The translations under genes and the position numbers were made by a program. DNA of 64,000 nucleotides from an uncultured Thermoleophilia bacterium (GTDB lineage Bacteria; Actinomycetota; Thermoleophilia; Gaiellales; Gaiellaceae). Of the stretch, positions 36,025-46,897 are shown piece by piece (the first letter of the stretch is position 1; every line of letters starts with the position of its first letter). The notes beneath the pieces are model-generated. The model searched no databases, had not been told where the DNA came from, and was given only the letters and a program-made list of their open reading frames with translations. Location of the stretch: NCBI GenBank assembly GCA_963717955.1, contig CAVQXR010000002.1, positions 371,256 through 435,255 of the forward strand. Reading direction: 5' to 3'.

Positions 36025-36269
36025 GCGCGCTCGTTTGCGATCCGGATCTCGTAGCTCTCGATCAGGGTATTGGCCAAGAGGCTCTCGCACATCCGCTCGA
36101 CGGCCGCGCGCGCCTCGCCGTCGGAGGCGGCGTCGAGCTCGAGCTCGATGAGCCGGCCGACGCGCGCCGAGCGAACCGAGAAGCCCAGGTGGTCGAGCCC
36201 GCCCCGTACCGCCTCGCCCTGCGGGTCGAGGATCCCGGCCTTCGGGCGGACGAGGACGGTTGCCCTCAC
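36021..36269 (-). CDS. purS: phosphoribosylformylglycinamidine synthase subunit PurS
   Basis: 82-aa [20 protein letters not shown]...[12 protein letters not shown]. Position between purC and purQ. Confidence 0.9.
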   Translation of the reverse strand: MRATVLVRPKAGILDPQGEAVRGGLDHLGFSVRSARVGRLIELELDAASDGEARAAVERMCESLLANTLIESYEIRIANERA

Positions 36270-37135
36270 GCGAGCACCACGGCCGGGTCGGCCAGGTAGT
36301 CGTCGAACGGGATGCCGGTGATCCGCTCGAACGCCTCGATGTAACGGGCGCGCGTGCCGGCGATCACGTCGTCCGGGAGCTCGGGGCCCGGCGGCGTCTT
36401 GTCCCAGCCGAGCCCCTCCGCGTAGTCGCGGACGAACTGCTTGTCGAACGACGGCTGCGAGCGCCCCGGCTCGTACTCGTCCGCAGGCCAGAACCGCGAG
36501 CTGTCCGGCGTCATCACCTCGTCCGCGAGGACGAGTCGGCCCAGCTCGTCCTGTCCGAGCTCGAATTTGGTGTCGGCGAGGATGATCCCGCGGGACGCCG
36601 CGTGATCCGCGCCGAAGGAGTAGAGGGCGATCGAGACGCGCTCGACCTCGGCGAGGAGGTCGGCGCCGACCAGAGCGGCAGCCTGCGCCTTCGAGATGTT
36701 CTCGTCATGGCCGGTCTGCGCCTTCGTCGCGGGCGTGAAGATCGGCTCGGGGAGCCGGTCCGACTCCCGCAATCCGGCGGGCAGCTCGTGCCCGGAAGTC
36801 GAGCCGGTGCGCCCATAGTCCTTCCAGCCGGATCCGGCGAGGTAGCCGCGAACGACACATTCGATCGGGAGCATCCGCAGCCGGCGGCACTCCGTCGAGC
36901 GTCCGTCCGGGCGCAACCCCAGCAGGTGATTCGGGCCGATCTCCCGGGTGCGGGCGAACCAGAAGCCCGATAGGCCGGTCAGTACGCGCCCCTTGTCCGG
37001 GATCTCGGTCGAAAGGATCACGTCGAAGACGGAGATGCGGTCGCTCGCCACGAGGAGCAGGCGCTCAGGGTCGAGCTCGAAGATCTCACGCACCTTGCCG
37101 CTCGCGACGTGGACAGCCGCCTCAGACATGTGCAA
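36266..37135 (-). CDS. purC: phosphoribosylaminoimidazole-succinocarboxamide synthase
   Basis: GKVREIF...[13 protein letters not shown]...[10 protein letters not shown] motifs. 289 aa. Confidence 0.95.
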   Translation of the reverse strand: MHMSEAAVHVASGKVREIFELDPERLLLVASDRISVFDVILSTEIPDKGRVLTGLSGFWFARTREIGPNHLLGLRPDGRSTECRRLRMLPIECVVRGYLAGSGWKDYGRTGSTSGHELPAGLRESDRLPEPIFTPATKAQTGHDENISKAQAAALVGADLLAEVERVSIALYSFGADHAASRGIILADTKFELGQDELGRLVLADEVMTPDSSRFWPADEYEPGRSQPSFDKQFVRDYAEGLGWDKTPPGPELPDDVIAGTRARYIEAFERITGIPFDDYLADPAVVLA

Positions 37136-38447
37136 CCTCGCTTCTCGGTGAAAGCGCCGCCAGGCGCTCGAAGATGACGTCGACGTGGCTGAGGAGGGTG
37201 TCGAGGTCGAAGATTGCCTCGATTTGCTCGCGGCCGAGCCGGTCCGTGATCGCCGGATCCGACTCGATCAGCGACCGGAAGTCGATCTCCTCCTCCCAGG
37301 CGCGCAGCGCGTGCCCCTGCACGAGGCGGTACGCCTCGTCGCGCTCGAGCCCCGACTCGACGAGCGCCGTCAGCACGCGAGGGCTGAAGACGAGGCCGTG
37401 GGAGGCGTCGAGGTTGCGCCGCATGCGTTCCGGGTCGACGACCAGCCCGTCGACGAGCCACGTGAACCGATCCAGCATGTAGTCCAGCGCGAGGAAGGCG
37501 TCCGGGACGACCACCCGCTCGGCGCTGCTGTGGGCGATGTCACGCTCGTGCCACAGGGCCACGTTCTCGAGCGAGACGAGCGCGGCGGCGCGCACGACGC
37601 GGGCGAGCCCGCAGATCCGCTCGGCGACGACCGGGTTCCTCTTGTGCGGCATTGCGGACGAGCCTTTCTGACCGCGACCGAATGGCTCGCCGACCTCCCG
37701 CACCTCGGTTCTCGCCATGTGGCGGATCTCGGTCGAGAAGCGCTCGAGGGACGCCGCAAGCACGGCCAGCGTCGTGATCAGCTCCGCGAGCCGATCGCGC
37801 GGCACCACCTGCGTCGCGACCGGCTCCGGCTCCAGCCCGAGCCGGTCGCAGACGAGCCGCTCGACCTCGGGCTCGCCTCCCGCGTAGATACCGACGGTGC
37901 CCGAGAGCTTGCCGATCCGAACGTTCTCGAGCGCCCGGCCGAGCCGGGCGCGATCGCGGTCGAGCTCGAACGCCCAGCCGGCGAGCTTCGCTCCGAACGT
38001 GATCGGCTCGGCGTGCACGCCGTGCGTCCGGCCCACCATCGGCGTCGCCCGGTGCTCCTCGGCACGCCGGACGACGGCCGCGAGCGCGCCGTCGAGCCCG
38101 GCGAGGATCAGCGCTCCGGCCTGGCGCAGCTGCAGCGCGAGCGCCGTGTCGAGCACGTCCGACGAGGTCAGGCCGTAGTGGAGCCATCGCCCAGGGGGGC
38201 CGACCTGCTCCGCGACCGCGTCGACGAATGCCGCGAGATCGTGCTGCGTGCGCTCCTCGATCTCGGCGACCCGCGCGGGGGAGGGCGTCGTCGCGCGGGC
38301 TCTCAGCTCGTCGGCCTCCTCGCGGGGGACGACGCCGAGTGCCGCCCAGGCGTCCGTCGCCGCCAGCTCGACCTCGAGCCAGCCGGCGAGCTTCGACTCG
38401 TCCGACCAGACAGCGCGCATGGCCGGACGGGAGTAGCGAGCGATCAC
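37122..38447 (-). CDS. purB: adenylosuccinate lyase
   Basis: [10 protein letters not shown]..., [10 protein letters not shown] signature. 441 aa. Confidence 0.95.
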   Translation of the reverse strand: MIARYSRPAMRAVWSDESKLAGWLEVELAATDAWAALGVVPREEADELRARATTPSPARVAEIEERTQHDLAAFVDAVAEQVGPPGRWLHYGLTSSDVLDTALALQLRQAGALILAGLDGALAAVVRRAEEHRATPMVGRTHGVHAEPITFGAKLAGWAFELDRDRARLGRALENVRIGKLSGTVGIYAGGEPEVERLVCDRLGLEPEPVATQVVPRDRLAELITTLAVLAASLERFSTEIRHMARTEVREVGEPFGRGQKGSSAMPHKRNPVVAERICGLARVVRAAALVSLENVALWHERDIAHSSAERVVVPDAFLALDYMLDRFTWLVDGLVVDPERMRRNLDASHGLVFSPRVLTALVESGLERDEAYRLVQGHALRAWEEEIDFRSLIESDPAITDRLGREQIEAIFDLDTLLSHVDVIFERLAALSPRSEVAHV

Positions 38448-38495
38448 AAGGTCATTCTATTGGCGGCGCCTGTCGCCGAAGCATCGCCGGCCGGC

Positions 38496-39221
38496 TCAGC
38501 AGCCGCGATCGCGCCACCGTGGTGGCGAGAGGTCCAGCCCGTGGCGGCGGGCTCGCGGCTCGAGCCGGGCACGGTAGGTGTTCATGCTCTCACGGCGGAA
38601 ATCGCCGTGCGTCCGGCACTTCCAGGCCGCGTACCGCTCGCGGAAGAAGCGACTGTCCACGCTCTCGTTGTGGCCGATGACGTCGCCGAGGGAGATGCCG
38701 AACCGATCCATCAACCAGGCCGTGAGACGGAGCGAGGCGGCCATCTGCCTCGCGTTTCCGAGCACGCTCGCGTCACTCGTGCCCACGTGCTCGATCCCGA
38801 TCGCGCTGTGGTTGAGCCCGACGGTGTGCCGGCAGCGGATCCTCAGCGACACCAGCTGGTAGATCGTCCCGTCGCGGTCGATGATGTAGTGGGCGCACAC
38901 CCCGGGAAGCTCGTGCAGCTCGGCGTCGGGCGTGTTGCCGTGGAACGTCCAGTAGGCCGAGGAGAAGCTGTTGGACGCGGTGTAGTGCTCGACGATCAGC
39001 CGCGGGGCGCGCAGTCGCCACTGGGCGGTGCCGTAATGCCGGTTCGAGTATGCGGCCATCTGGCTCTTGCGCTCGGCCCCGAACGGGATCGGCTTCCAGA
39101 CGATGTCGGGCTGGCGAGGGGCGGCGGCTGCGGAGCTCGCGGCCACGGCGGCCACCGCCGCCGCGGCGAGGATCGTGTGCAGACGTGCCACGGCCACAGC
39201 GTAGCCAGGGCGCCGTACCAC
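38496..39221 (-). CDS. secreted N-acetylmuramoyl-L-alanine amidase (Amidase_2/PGRP domain)
   Basis: Signal-peptide-like N-terminus, then IVEHYTAS...HYIIDRDGTIYQLV...HTVGLNHSAIGIEHVG...VIGHNE. Confidence 0.8.
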   Translation of the reverse strand: MVRRPGYAVAVARLHTILAAAAVAAVAASSAAAAPRQPDIVWKPIPFGAERKSQMAAYSNRHYGTAQWRLRAPRLIVEHYTASNSFSSAYWTFHGNTPDAELHELPGVCAHYIIDRDGTIYQLVSLRIRCRHTVGLNHSAIGIEHVGTSDASVLGNARQMAASLRLTAWLMDRFGISLGDVIGHNESVDSRFFRERYAAWKCRTHGDFRRESMNTYRARLEPRARRHGLDLSPPRWRDRGC

Positions 39222-39265
39222 CCTGCTCGATCCGGTCCACCCCCGGCGCGAGCCGCCGGAGCGTG

Positions 39266-39694
39266 TCAGCCCCGCGCGGCGAGGATCTTCGCTGCGAGGA
39301 TGGCCGCGTTCTTCGCGCCGTTCACCGACACGCAGGCGACCGGGACGCCGGGGGGCATCTGGACGATCGAGAGGAGCGCGTCGAGCCCGCCCATGACGCT
39401 CTTCGACGACGTGAGCGGGACGCCGATGACCGGGAGGTCGGTGTAAGCGGCAACGACGCCGGGGAGGGCGGCCGCCATCCCCGCGCCGGCGATCAGCACC
39501 CGGAGCCCCCGGGCCTCCGCGCCGGCCGCGTACTCCGCGACCGCGGCAGGTTCACGGTGCGCCGACAGGACGAGCAGCTCGTTTCGGATCCCGCGTGCGT
39601 CGAGCTCGTCGCATGCCGCCTGGATCGTCTCGCGGTCAGACTCCGACCCGATCAGGATGCCGACGAGCGGAGCGTTCGAGGTGTCCTCAGGCAT
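39266..39694 (-). CDS. purE: 5-(carboxyamino)imidazole ribonucleotide mutase
   Basis: VGILIGSESD...SAHREP...IAGAGMAAALPGVVAA...PVIGVP motifs. Confidence 0.95.
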   Translation of the reverse strand: MPEDTSNAPLVGILIGSESDRETIQAACDELDARGIRNELLVLSAHREPAAVAEYAAGAEARGLRVLIAGAGMAAALPGVVAAYTDLPVIGVPLTSSKSVMGGLDALLSIVQMPPGVPVACVSVNGAKNAAILAAKILAARG

Positions 39695-40901
39695 TGACGG
39701 CTCTCAGGGCGATGTCGCGCCGGTACCGGCAGCCGGGGAAGTCTATGCGGTCGATCGCCCGGTACGCACGCTCGCGCGCCTCGGCTACGGTGCCGCCGAG
39801 CGCGGTCACGTCGATGACCCGCCCGCCTGCCGACAGCAGCCGTCCGTCGCGCAGCGCTGTCCCGGCATGGAAGACCATCGCACCGCCGCTCTCGGCGTCC
39901 TCGAGCCCGCGGATCTCGACGCCTGGCTCGGTCGTCTCCGGATAACCCCTCGACGCGAGGACGACGGTGACGGCGCAGTCGTCGGATACGCGCAGCGCGA
40001 TGTCGCCGAGGTCGCCCCGGGCCGCAGCTGTCGCGAGCTCGAGGAAGTTGCTCTCGAGGCGGGGGAGGACGACCTGGGTCTCGGGGTCGCCCATGCGCGC
40101 GTTGAACTCGAGCACCCTCGGGCCGGCGTCGGTCAGCATGAGGCCGGCATAGAGGACGCCGACGAACGGCGTGCCGCGGCCGGCGAGCTCGGCGAGGACC
40201 GGCCGGTGCACCGAGTCCACGATCCGTTCGATGTCCTCTGGCGCGAGCGCGGGCACGGGAGAGTACGCGCCCATGCCGCCCGTGTTCGGACCCGTGTCGC
40301 CGTCGCCGACGCGCTTGTAGTCCTGCGCCGCCGGCAGCGCCACGCAGCGCTCGCCGTCCGTGACCACGAACACCGAGGCCTCCTCGCCGACGAGGAGCTC
40401 CTCGATCACCAGCTGGTCGCCGAACGCGTGCGCCTTCGGGAGCGCGTCTGCGACCTCCGCCTGCGTGGTGCAGACGAAGACGCCCTTGCCCGCGGCCAGG
40501 CCGTCCGCCTTGATGACGCACGGCGCGACGGGCTCGGGGAGGGCCGCCGCGGTCGGTACGCCGGCGGATGCCATCACCTCCTTGGCGAACGCCTTCGAGC
40601 CCTCGATCCGGGCGGCCTGGGCTCCCGGGCCGAAGACGAGGATCCCGTTGCGGCGAAGCGCATCGCCCGCGCCGGCCACGAGCGGGGCCTCGGGGCCGAC
40701 GATCACCAGATCGATCCTGGACGCGACCGCCAGGTCGAGGATCCCGTCGACGTCGTCCGCCTTCACCGGGTGGCAGCGACCGAGCTGCGCGATGCCGGGA
40801 TTCCCCGGGGCGGCATGGAGCTCGGTGAGCGTCGCGCTGCCCACCAGCGCGCGCGCGATCGCGTGCTCGCGACCACCCGACCCGACGAGGAGAACGCGCA
40901 T
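39687..40901 (-). CDS. purD: phosphoribosylamine-glycine ligase
   Basis: MRVLLVGSGGREHAIA..., VIKADGLAAGKGV, EFNARMGDPETQ. Confidence 0.95.
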   Translation of the reverse strand: MRVLLVGSGGREHAIARALVGSATLTELHAAPGNPGIAQLGRCHPVKADDVDGILDLAVASRIDLVIVGPEAPLVAGAGDALRRNGILVFGPGAQAARIEGSKAFAKEVMASAGVPTAAALPEPVAPCVIKADGLAAGKGVFVCTTQAEVADALPKAHAFGDQLVIEELLVGEEASVFVVTDGERCVALPAAQDYKRVGDGDTGPNTGGMGAYSPVPALAPEDIERIVDSVHRPVLAELAGRGTPFVGVLYAGLMLTDAGPRVLEFNARMGDPETQVVLPRLESNFLELATAAARGDLGDIALRVSDDCAVTVVLASRGYPETTEPGVEIRGLEDAESGGAMVFHAGTALRDGRLLSAGGRVIDVTALGGTVAEARERAYRAIDRIDFPGCRYRRDIALRAVNA

Positions 40902-41061
40902 GCTCGGGCGAGTCTAATCGCGGGTCGTGCCGTGCACCCGCATCGTGCAGGCGGTCAGCCCTTGACCGCCCTCCTCGTACGCGCGGGCGACGTCTGGACG
41001 ATCGGTCGCAGACTGCCCAGGCCTCTCCGGACGGCTCGCCGCGCGGATCGGACGCAGACCT

Positions 41062-42165
41062 CTAGGCCAGTGCCTCGAGCACGAGCATCTGGAAGTGCGC
41101 GATCAGAGGCTCGCTCGCCCGCATCAGCCGCCCGCGGGCCAGCATCCCGGAGGCGAGGCCTCGGTGCACCGACTCGCAGAGCGCGTTGTCCTCGAGCCCT
41201 ACCTGAGCGGCGAACGCGGTCATCTCGTCCCGGAGCGAGCGCGCCGCGCCGGCCGCGAACCAGCGCTCCGAGAACCCGATCGTCCGGTTCGGGCCGTCAG
41301 GCCGCCACACGTCGATGCCGACGTTCGGCACGCCTGCCTCGATGTTGATGGTGAAGTTCGGCCAGACGAGGTGGTACTGGGCCTCGGTCGAGCCGCCGCG
41401 CGGGTCGTAGGCCGCGACGCGCTCGCCCGACAGGACAGAGGCGCGCACGGGCGCGCGCTGCGACGACGTCCAGCGACCCGTCGAGAACCTGTACTCGTCC
41501 GGGTCGACGTCGAGCAGCTCCGAGAACCCGGGATGCGCGACCGGGCAGTGGTAGCACTCGAGGTAGTTCTCGATCGCGACCTTCCAGTTCGCCTCGATCG
41601 TCCAGTCCCGGCGCCCGTCGTACTCGAGCGTATCGAGGTCGAAGCCGGTCTCGGCCACGGTCCCCGGGAGGGTGCCGAGGACCTCCGCGAGCGGCGCCGC
41701 CGAGAGATCCGGATTGACGAACACGAAGGGCCCCCACGTGTCGACCTGCACGCGGTGCAGCGAGAGCTCGGCGACCGGCAGGTCCGGCTCTCGCTCGAGT
41801 CGCGGCGCGGAGCGCAGGCACCCGTCGAGGCCGTAGGTCCAGGCGTGATAGGGGCACTGCAGGCTCCGGCGATTGCCTCGACCCGCGACGACCTCGTGCC
41901 CGCGGTGACGGCACACGTTGACGAACCCGTTGAGCGAGCCGTCCTCGTCACGGGCGACTGCGACCGGGACGTGGCCGGCGTACGAGGCGAAGAAGTCACC
42001 GGGCTCGGCGACCTCGGCCGTGCGGCCGGCGTACTGCCACGAGCGCCCGAAGATGCGCTCCTGCTCGCGGGCGAGCACCGCCGGGTCCGAATACCAGCTG
42101 GCCGGCAGCGTCCAGCCGGCGGCGAGGTCGTCGGCGAGCCCGGCGAGTGTCGTGTCCACTGCCAT
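41062..42165 (-). CDS. Rieske [2Fe-2S] aromatic-ring-hydroxylating-type oxygenase alpha subunit (GbcA/CntA-like)
   Basis: CRHRGHEV...CPYHAWTY Rieske motif, and a C-terminal catalytic domain with ENYLECYHCPVAHP. ATG 42165 chosen. Confidence 0.85.
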   Translation of the reverse strand: MAVDTTLAGLADDLAAGWTLPASWYSDPAVLAREQERIFGRSWQYAGRTAEVAEPGDFFASYAGHVPVAVARDEDGSLNGFVNVCRHRGHEVVAGRGNRRSLQCPYHAWTYGLDGCLRSAPRLEREPDLPVAELSLHRVQVDTWGPFVFVNPDLSAAPLAEVLGTLPGTVAETGFDLDTLEYDGRRDWTIEANWKVAIENYLECYHCPVAHPGFSELLDVDPDEYRFSTGRWTSSQRAPVRASVLSGERVAAYDPRGGSTEAQYHLVWPNFTINIEAGVPNVGIDVWRPDGPNRTIGFSERWFAAGAARSLRDEMTAFAAQVGLEDNALCESVHRGLASGMLARGRLMRASEPLIAHFQMLVLEALA

Positions 42166-42287
42166 GGGCGTGATTCTACCGCTCGTCCGGCACCAGGCCC
42201 GAGCGGGCAATACTATTGCCCTCTCGGCAAGAAGTCTTGCCGAAGAGGCTGCGACCAACCCGAGCAGAGGAAAAAGGAGGGAAGTCC

Positions 42288-43686
42288 GTGGCGACCGACC
42301 TTGAGCGCTTCGTCCGCGCCGAGGGCCGTGACGAGCTCGTGAAGGACGTCCGCCGGCGCATCGACGCCGAGGGGATCCAGTACATCTACTACCAGTTCGT
42401 CTCGGTCACCGGCCGCATCATGGGCAAGGGCGCCCCGGCCAGGCACTGGGAGTCGATGGCCGAGAAGGGCTTCCAGCTCGTCTACGGCGCGACGGCGAAC
42501 CTCTTCACCGACCGCCACGGCAACTACATCGGGTACGGGCCGGAGGCGCTGGAGCTCGTCGGCATCCCCGAGCCCGAGACGTTCATGCCGCTCCCGTGGG
42601 ACGCGAAGACCGCTCGCGTCTGGTGCACCTGTTTCCGCAACCGCGAGGAGCGGGACGATCCCGGCGCGTTCCTGACCTCGGACTGCCGCGCGAACCTGAA
42701 GAAGACGCAGGCGGACTTCGAGGCCTCGACGGGCCTGCACCTCCGGGCCGGTACCGAGCCGGAGATGATGTGGCTGAAGATGGGCGCCGACGGCAAGCCG
42801 TCCGTCGAGGGGATGACGAAGCCGTTCTGCTACCACATCGACCAGTTCGCCGAGCTGCAGCCGCTGATCCACAAGGTCGTCGACTACGCCGGCGCGATGG
42901 GCATGGACATGATCCATGGCGACCACGAGGACGCCCCGGGTCAGCTCGAGCTGAACTTCCAGTTCGACCGGGCGGAGAAGACCGCCGACAACCTCACCAC
43001 GTATCGCCAGATCTGCAAGCAGGTCGGGCGCGAGCTGAACGTCTTCCCGTGCTTCATGCCGAAGCCGTTCATGGGCGTCTCGGGCAACGGCTGCCATCAC
43101 AACATCTCGCTCTGGCGCGACGACGAGAACGTCTTCATGCCCGAGGGCGACGACCTGCAGAAGCCGAGCCAGCTCGGCCTGTGGGCGATCGGCGGGATCA
43201 TCGAGCACGTCGGCGCGCTCACCGTGTCTCGGCGCGCCGACCGTGAACTCCTACCGGCGGCTCTGGGACACGGGCTTCTGGGCGCCGGTGTTCGCCGACT
43301 GGGGCTACCAGAACCGCACCACGGCACTGCGGGTGTCGGCGCCCGGCCGGTTCGAGTACCGCTCGGTCGACTCCGCGGTCAACCCGTACCTGTCGCTTGC
43401 CGGCCTGATCATGGCGATGTGGGACGGGATCGAACGCAAGCTCGACCCGGGCGAGCCCGAGGAGCGCAACATCTACGACGCGATGGAGTCCGGCAAGGCG
43501 GTCACCAAGATCCCGATGACCTTCGGCGAAGCCCTGGCTGCGCTCGAGCGCGACGAGGTGATCCAGAGAGCGCTTCCGGGCGATATGTACCGTGTCTTCA
43601 TGCACTACAAGCAGGACGAGTGGGAGCGCTACTGCGCCGAGGTCACCGACTGGGACGTGAAGGAGTACCTCGACGTGCTCCCGTAA
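42288..43686 (+). pseudogene. glutamine-synthetase-family enzyme, gamma-glutamylmethylamide synthetase (GmaS)-like; one frameshift near 43230
   Basis: GTG 42288 follows AAAAAGGAGGGA. Frame 1 runs to ...GGIIEHVGALTVS. The continuation GAPTVNSYRRLWDTGFWAPVFADWGYQNRTTALRV... is in the frame of ORF 43243-43686. The 811-aa track ORF is a read-through artefact. Confidence 0.8.
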
Positions 43687-43718
43687 GGTGGGACGGGAGA
43701 AGGGGAAGGACGACGCCG

Positions 43719-44651
43719 ATGTGCGGGATCGCTGGGATCATCTATCGCGACGGGTTGGAGCACGACATCGGGACCGAGATGACCCGGATGCTCCAGTCGA
43801 TGAAGCACCGCGGGCCGGACTCGACCGGCTACGCGCTCTACGGTCTTCCTTCGGCCGGCTACGTGATGCGCTACAAGCTCGCCGACTCGAACGACGTCCG
43901 CGACTTCGAGTTCGAGGAGCGGCTCGAGCGAAACCGGCGCGAGGCCGAGGCGCGCATGGTGCGACTCGGCGCGCGGATCGAGGCCGTCGAGTCCGACACC
44001 GAGTACGCGTTCCGTGTCGAGTTCGCCTACGACGGCGACCTGAAGCGGCTGGCCGACTACATCGAGGACGTCCCGGGTGCCGAGGTGCTCTCGCTCGGCC
44101 GCTCGCTCGAGATCGTCAAGGATCTCGGCGACGCGGAGACCGTGTCCGGCCAGTACAAGCTCGACAACGTGAACGGCACGCACGCGATCGGCCATGTCCG
44201 CATGGCGACCGAGTCCGACGTCGACATCTCGGGCGCGCACCCGTACTGGGCATACCCGTTCTCGGACATCGCCGTCGTCCACAACGGGCAGCTGACGAAC
44301 TACTTCTACTGGCGCCGCCGCCTCGAGCGCTCGGGGCACCGCTTCCAGTCGGAGTGCGACTCGGAGATCATCGCCGTCTATCTCGCCGAGAAGATGCAGG
44401 GCGATGCGACGCTCCAGGAGGCGATGCACGACAGCCTCGACGAGCTCGACGGCGTCTTCACCTACATCGCCGTGACCGGCGACGAGCTCGGGGTCGCGAA
44501 GGACGAGATGGCCGCCAAGCCGCTCGTGCTCTACGAATCGGACGACCTCGTCGCGCTCGCGTCCGAGGAGATCGCGATCCGTCAGATCGTCGACCACGAG
44601 ATCGACACCTACGACCCCTACGAGCGCGAGGTGCTGACATGGAAGCGGTAG
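43719..44651 (+). CDS. class-II (Ntn) glutamine amidotransferase domain protein, MgsA/GlxB-like
   Basis: MCGIAGIIYRDG... N-terminal Cys. Strong SD GGGAGAAGGGGAAGGA upstream. About 310 aa. Confidence 0.8.
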   Translation: MCGIAGIIYRDGLEHDIGTEMTRMLQSMKHRGPDSTGYALYGLPSAGYVMRYKLADSNDVRDFEFEERLERNRREAEARMVRLGARIEAVESDTEYAFRVEFAYDGDLKRLADYIEDVPGAEVLSLGRSLEIVKDLGDAETVSGQYKLDNVNGTHAIGHVRMATESDVDISGAHPYWAYPFSDIAVVHNGQLTNYFYWRRRLERSGHRFQSECDSEIIAVYLAEKMQGDATLQEAMHDSLDELDGVFTYIAVTGDELGVAKDEMAAKPLVLYESDDLVALASEEIAIRQIVDHEIDTYDPYEREVLTWKR

Positions 44652-45427
44652 GCGAGCGCCGTATCAGCTACGACGCGCGCGGCCTGGCCGAGCCGCACGC
44701 GGAGGCGCCGATGGTCGCCGAGATCGACGGCGACTCGGCTTACTTCGACGCGAAGGACCTCTCCACCCGGCAGATCAACCTCGAGCTGCGCCGCCTCGTC
44801 TACGAGGCGGGGATCCACGACGTCACGATCGACAACCCTGGGGCGAAGCACTCGCTCGGCGTCGGGATCCTGACCCGGTGCAAGATCAATTTCAAGGGCA
44901 GCCTCGGCTACTTCGGCTGCGGCCTCATCGACGGGCCCGAGATCCAGATCGACGGGCGCGTCGGCTGGTCGGCCTGCGAGAACATGATGAGCGGGGTCGT
45001 GGTCGTCGAGGGCAACGCGGGCTCGCTCACCGGCGCCGCGTTGCGCGGCGGCGACCTGATCGTCAAGGGCCGTGTCGGCGCCCGTACGGGGATCGACCAG
45101 AAGGGCGGGACGATCATCGTCATGGGCTCGGCCGGCTCGATGACCGGGTTCATGATGCAGCGCGGCCGCATGATCATCTGCGGCGACGTCGGCCCCGGCC
45201 TCGGCGACTCGATGTACGACGGCGACATCTACGTCGCGGGCAAGATCAAGGCGCTCGGCATCGACTGCGTCCCGGGTGAGTGGACGGACGCGGACACCGA
45301 GCTGATCGAGCGCAAGTTCCGAAACCACGGCCTTGGCTCTCCGCCCGAGCTCCAGAAGCTCGTGTGCGGGAAGCAGCTGTACAACTACGACTCGCTCGAG
45401 CCCGCCGAGCGGAAGCTCGTACTGTAG
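44639..45427 (+). CDS. GXGXG-motif glutamate-synthase-domain protein, MgsB/GlxC-like
   Basis: Repeated G.G.G beta-helix units (GSLGYFGCGLIDG, GNAGSLTGAALRGG, GRVGARTG, GSAGSMTGFMM). The start overlaps the upstream stop. Confidence 0.8.
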   Translation: MEAVGERRISYDARGLAEPHAEAPMVAEIDGDSAYFDAKDLSTRQINLELRRLVYEAGIHDVTIDNPGAKHSLGVGILTRCKINFKGSLGYFGCGLIDGPEIQIDGRVGWSACENMMSGVVVVEGNAGSLTGAALRGGDLIVKGRVGARTGIDQKGGTIIVMGSAGSMTGFMMQRGRMIICGDVGPGLGDSMYDGDIYVAGKIKALGIDCVPGEWTDADTELIERKFRNHGLGSPPELQKLVCGKQLYNYDSLEPAERKLVL

Positions 45428-45435
45428 GAGGCGTG

Positions 45436-46887
45436 ATGGCCGACGAGACCGCACCGACCGACAAGACCGTTCTCGGGCACAGCCGGATCTTCACGCCCGA
45501 GGTCATCAACGACATCCACATGAAGGCCGAGCTCGGCCGCTACCGGATGCGTGGCTTCTCGATCTTCAAGAAGATCCCGCACTGGGACGAGCTCGTGTTT
45601 CTCCCCGGCACCCTGACGCGCTTCGTGATCGAGGGCTACCGCGAGAAGTGCGATACGAAGACCGTCCTCGGCGCGCGGTTCGCGAAGAAGCCGATGGATC
45701 TCGACATCCCGATCTACATCACCGGGATGAGCTTCGGCGCGCTGTCGCTCGAGGCGAAGATGGCGCTCGCCAGGGGAGCCTCGATGGCGGGCACCGCCAC
45801 CTGCTCCGGCGAGGGCGGGATGATCCCGCCGGAGCGCGACTACTCCACGAAGTGGTACTACCAGTGCATCCAGAGCCGCTACGGGTTCAACCCCCACCAC
45901 CTGATGCTCGCCGACGGCGTCGAGTTCTTCATCGGCCAGGGTTGCAAGGTCGGGCTCGGTGGCCACCTGATGGGCCAGAAGGTGACCGAGCAGGTCGCAG
46001 AGATGCGCTCGCTCCCGGCAGGGATCGACCAACGGTCGCCCGCCCGGCATCCGGACTGGCTCGGCCCGGACGACCTCTCGCTGAAGATCCAGGAGATCCG
46101 CGAGGCGACGGACTATCAGATCCCGATCCAGCTGAAACTCGGCGCCTCCCGCGTGTACGACGACGTGCGGATGGCGGCGAAGTGCGGCCCGGACATCATC
46201 TACCTCGACGGCGCCGAGGGCGGCACGGGTGCCGGCCCGCACGTGGCGACCGAGGAGACGGGCATCCCGCTGATGGCGGCCATCCCGGAGGCGCGGCGCG
46301 CGCTCGAGGACGTCGGGCTGGCCGACGAGATCGACCTCGTCGTCGCCGGCGGGATCCGCAACGGCGCCGACGTCGCGAAGGCGCTCGCGCTGGGTGCGAA
46401 GGCGGTCGCGATCGGCCACTCCGCGATGATGGCGCTCAACTGCAACAAGGAGATCCCGGGAGTCACGGACTACGAGGGCACCGTGGGCGTCCCGGCCGGT
46501 TACTGCTACCACTGCCACACCGGTCGGTGCCCAGTCGGGGTCGCGACTCAGGATCCGGAGCTGCGCAAGCGGCTCGTCGTCGAGGAGGCCTCGCTGCGCG
46601 TCTACAACTTCCTGACGACGATGACCATGGAGCTGCAGATGATGGCTCGCGCCTGCGGCAAGACGAACGTGCACTCGCTCGAGCCGGAGGATCTCGCCGC
46701 ACTGACGATGGAGGCTGCGGCGTGCGCGAAGGTGCCGCTGGCAGGGACGAACTACATCCCCGGCGTGACCGAGCACGAGATCCTTTCCGAGGTGCGCCAG
46801 CTCCTCGCCAAGAAGCAGCAGGAGGAGATCCCGATGCACCGCCACCCGGAGACGACGGTGGAGCGGGTCTCGGCGGTCGGGGACTGA
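45436..46887 (+). CDS. FMN-binding glutamate-synthase-family protein, MgsC/GlxD-like
   Basis: MSFGALS, QGCKVGLGGHL, IYLDGAEGGTGAGP and VAGGIRNGADVAKALALGA are motifs of the GltB FMN domain. Confidence 0.85.
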   Translation: MADETAPTDKTVLGHSRIFTPEVINDIHMKAELGRYRMRGFSIFKKIPHWDELVFLPGTLTRFVIEGYREKCDTKTVLGARFAKKPMDLDIPIYITGMSFGALSLEAKMALARGASMAGTATCSGEGGMIPPERDYSTKWYYQCIQSRYGFNPHHLMLADGVEFFIGQGCKVGLGGHLMGQKVTEQVAEMRSLPAGIDQRSPARHPDWLGPDDLSLKIQEIREATDYQIPIQLKLGASRVYDDVRMAAKCGPDIIYLDGAEGGTGAGPHVATEETGIPLMAAIPEARRALEDVGLADEIDLVVAGGIRNGADVAKALALGAKAVAIGHSAMMALNCNKEIPGVTDYEGTVGVPAGYCYHCHTGRCPVGVATQDPELRKRLVVEEASLRVYNFLTTMTMELQMMARACGKTNVHSLEPEDLAALTMEAAACAKVPLAGTNYIPGVTEHEILSEVRQLLAKKQQEEIPMHRHPETTVERVSAVGD

Positions 46888-46897
46888 GGGGCAGAGC

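Noticed and set aside
42216-44651. 811-aa ORF looking like a glutamine-synthetase/amidotransferase fusion
   Set aside because: The middle 160 residues are out-of-frame nonsense created by a frameshift near 43230. The real GS C-terminus is in ORF 43243-43686, and the amidotransferase has its own strong SD and ATG at 43719.
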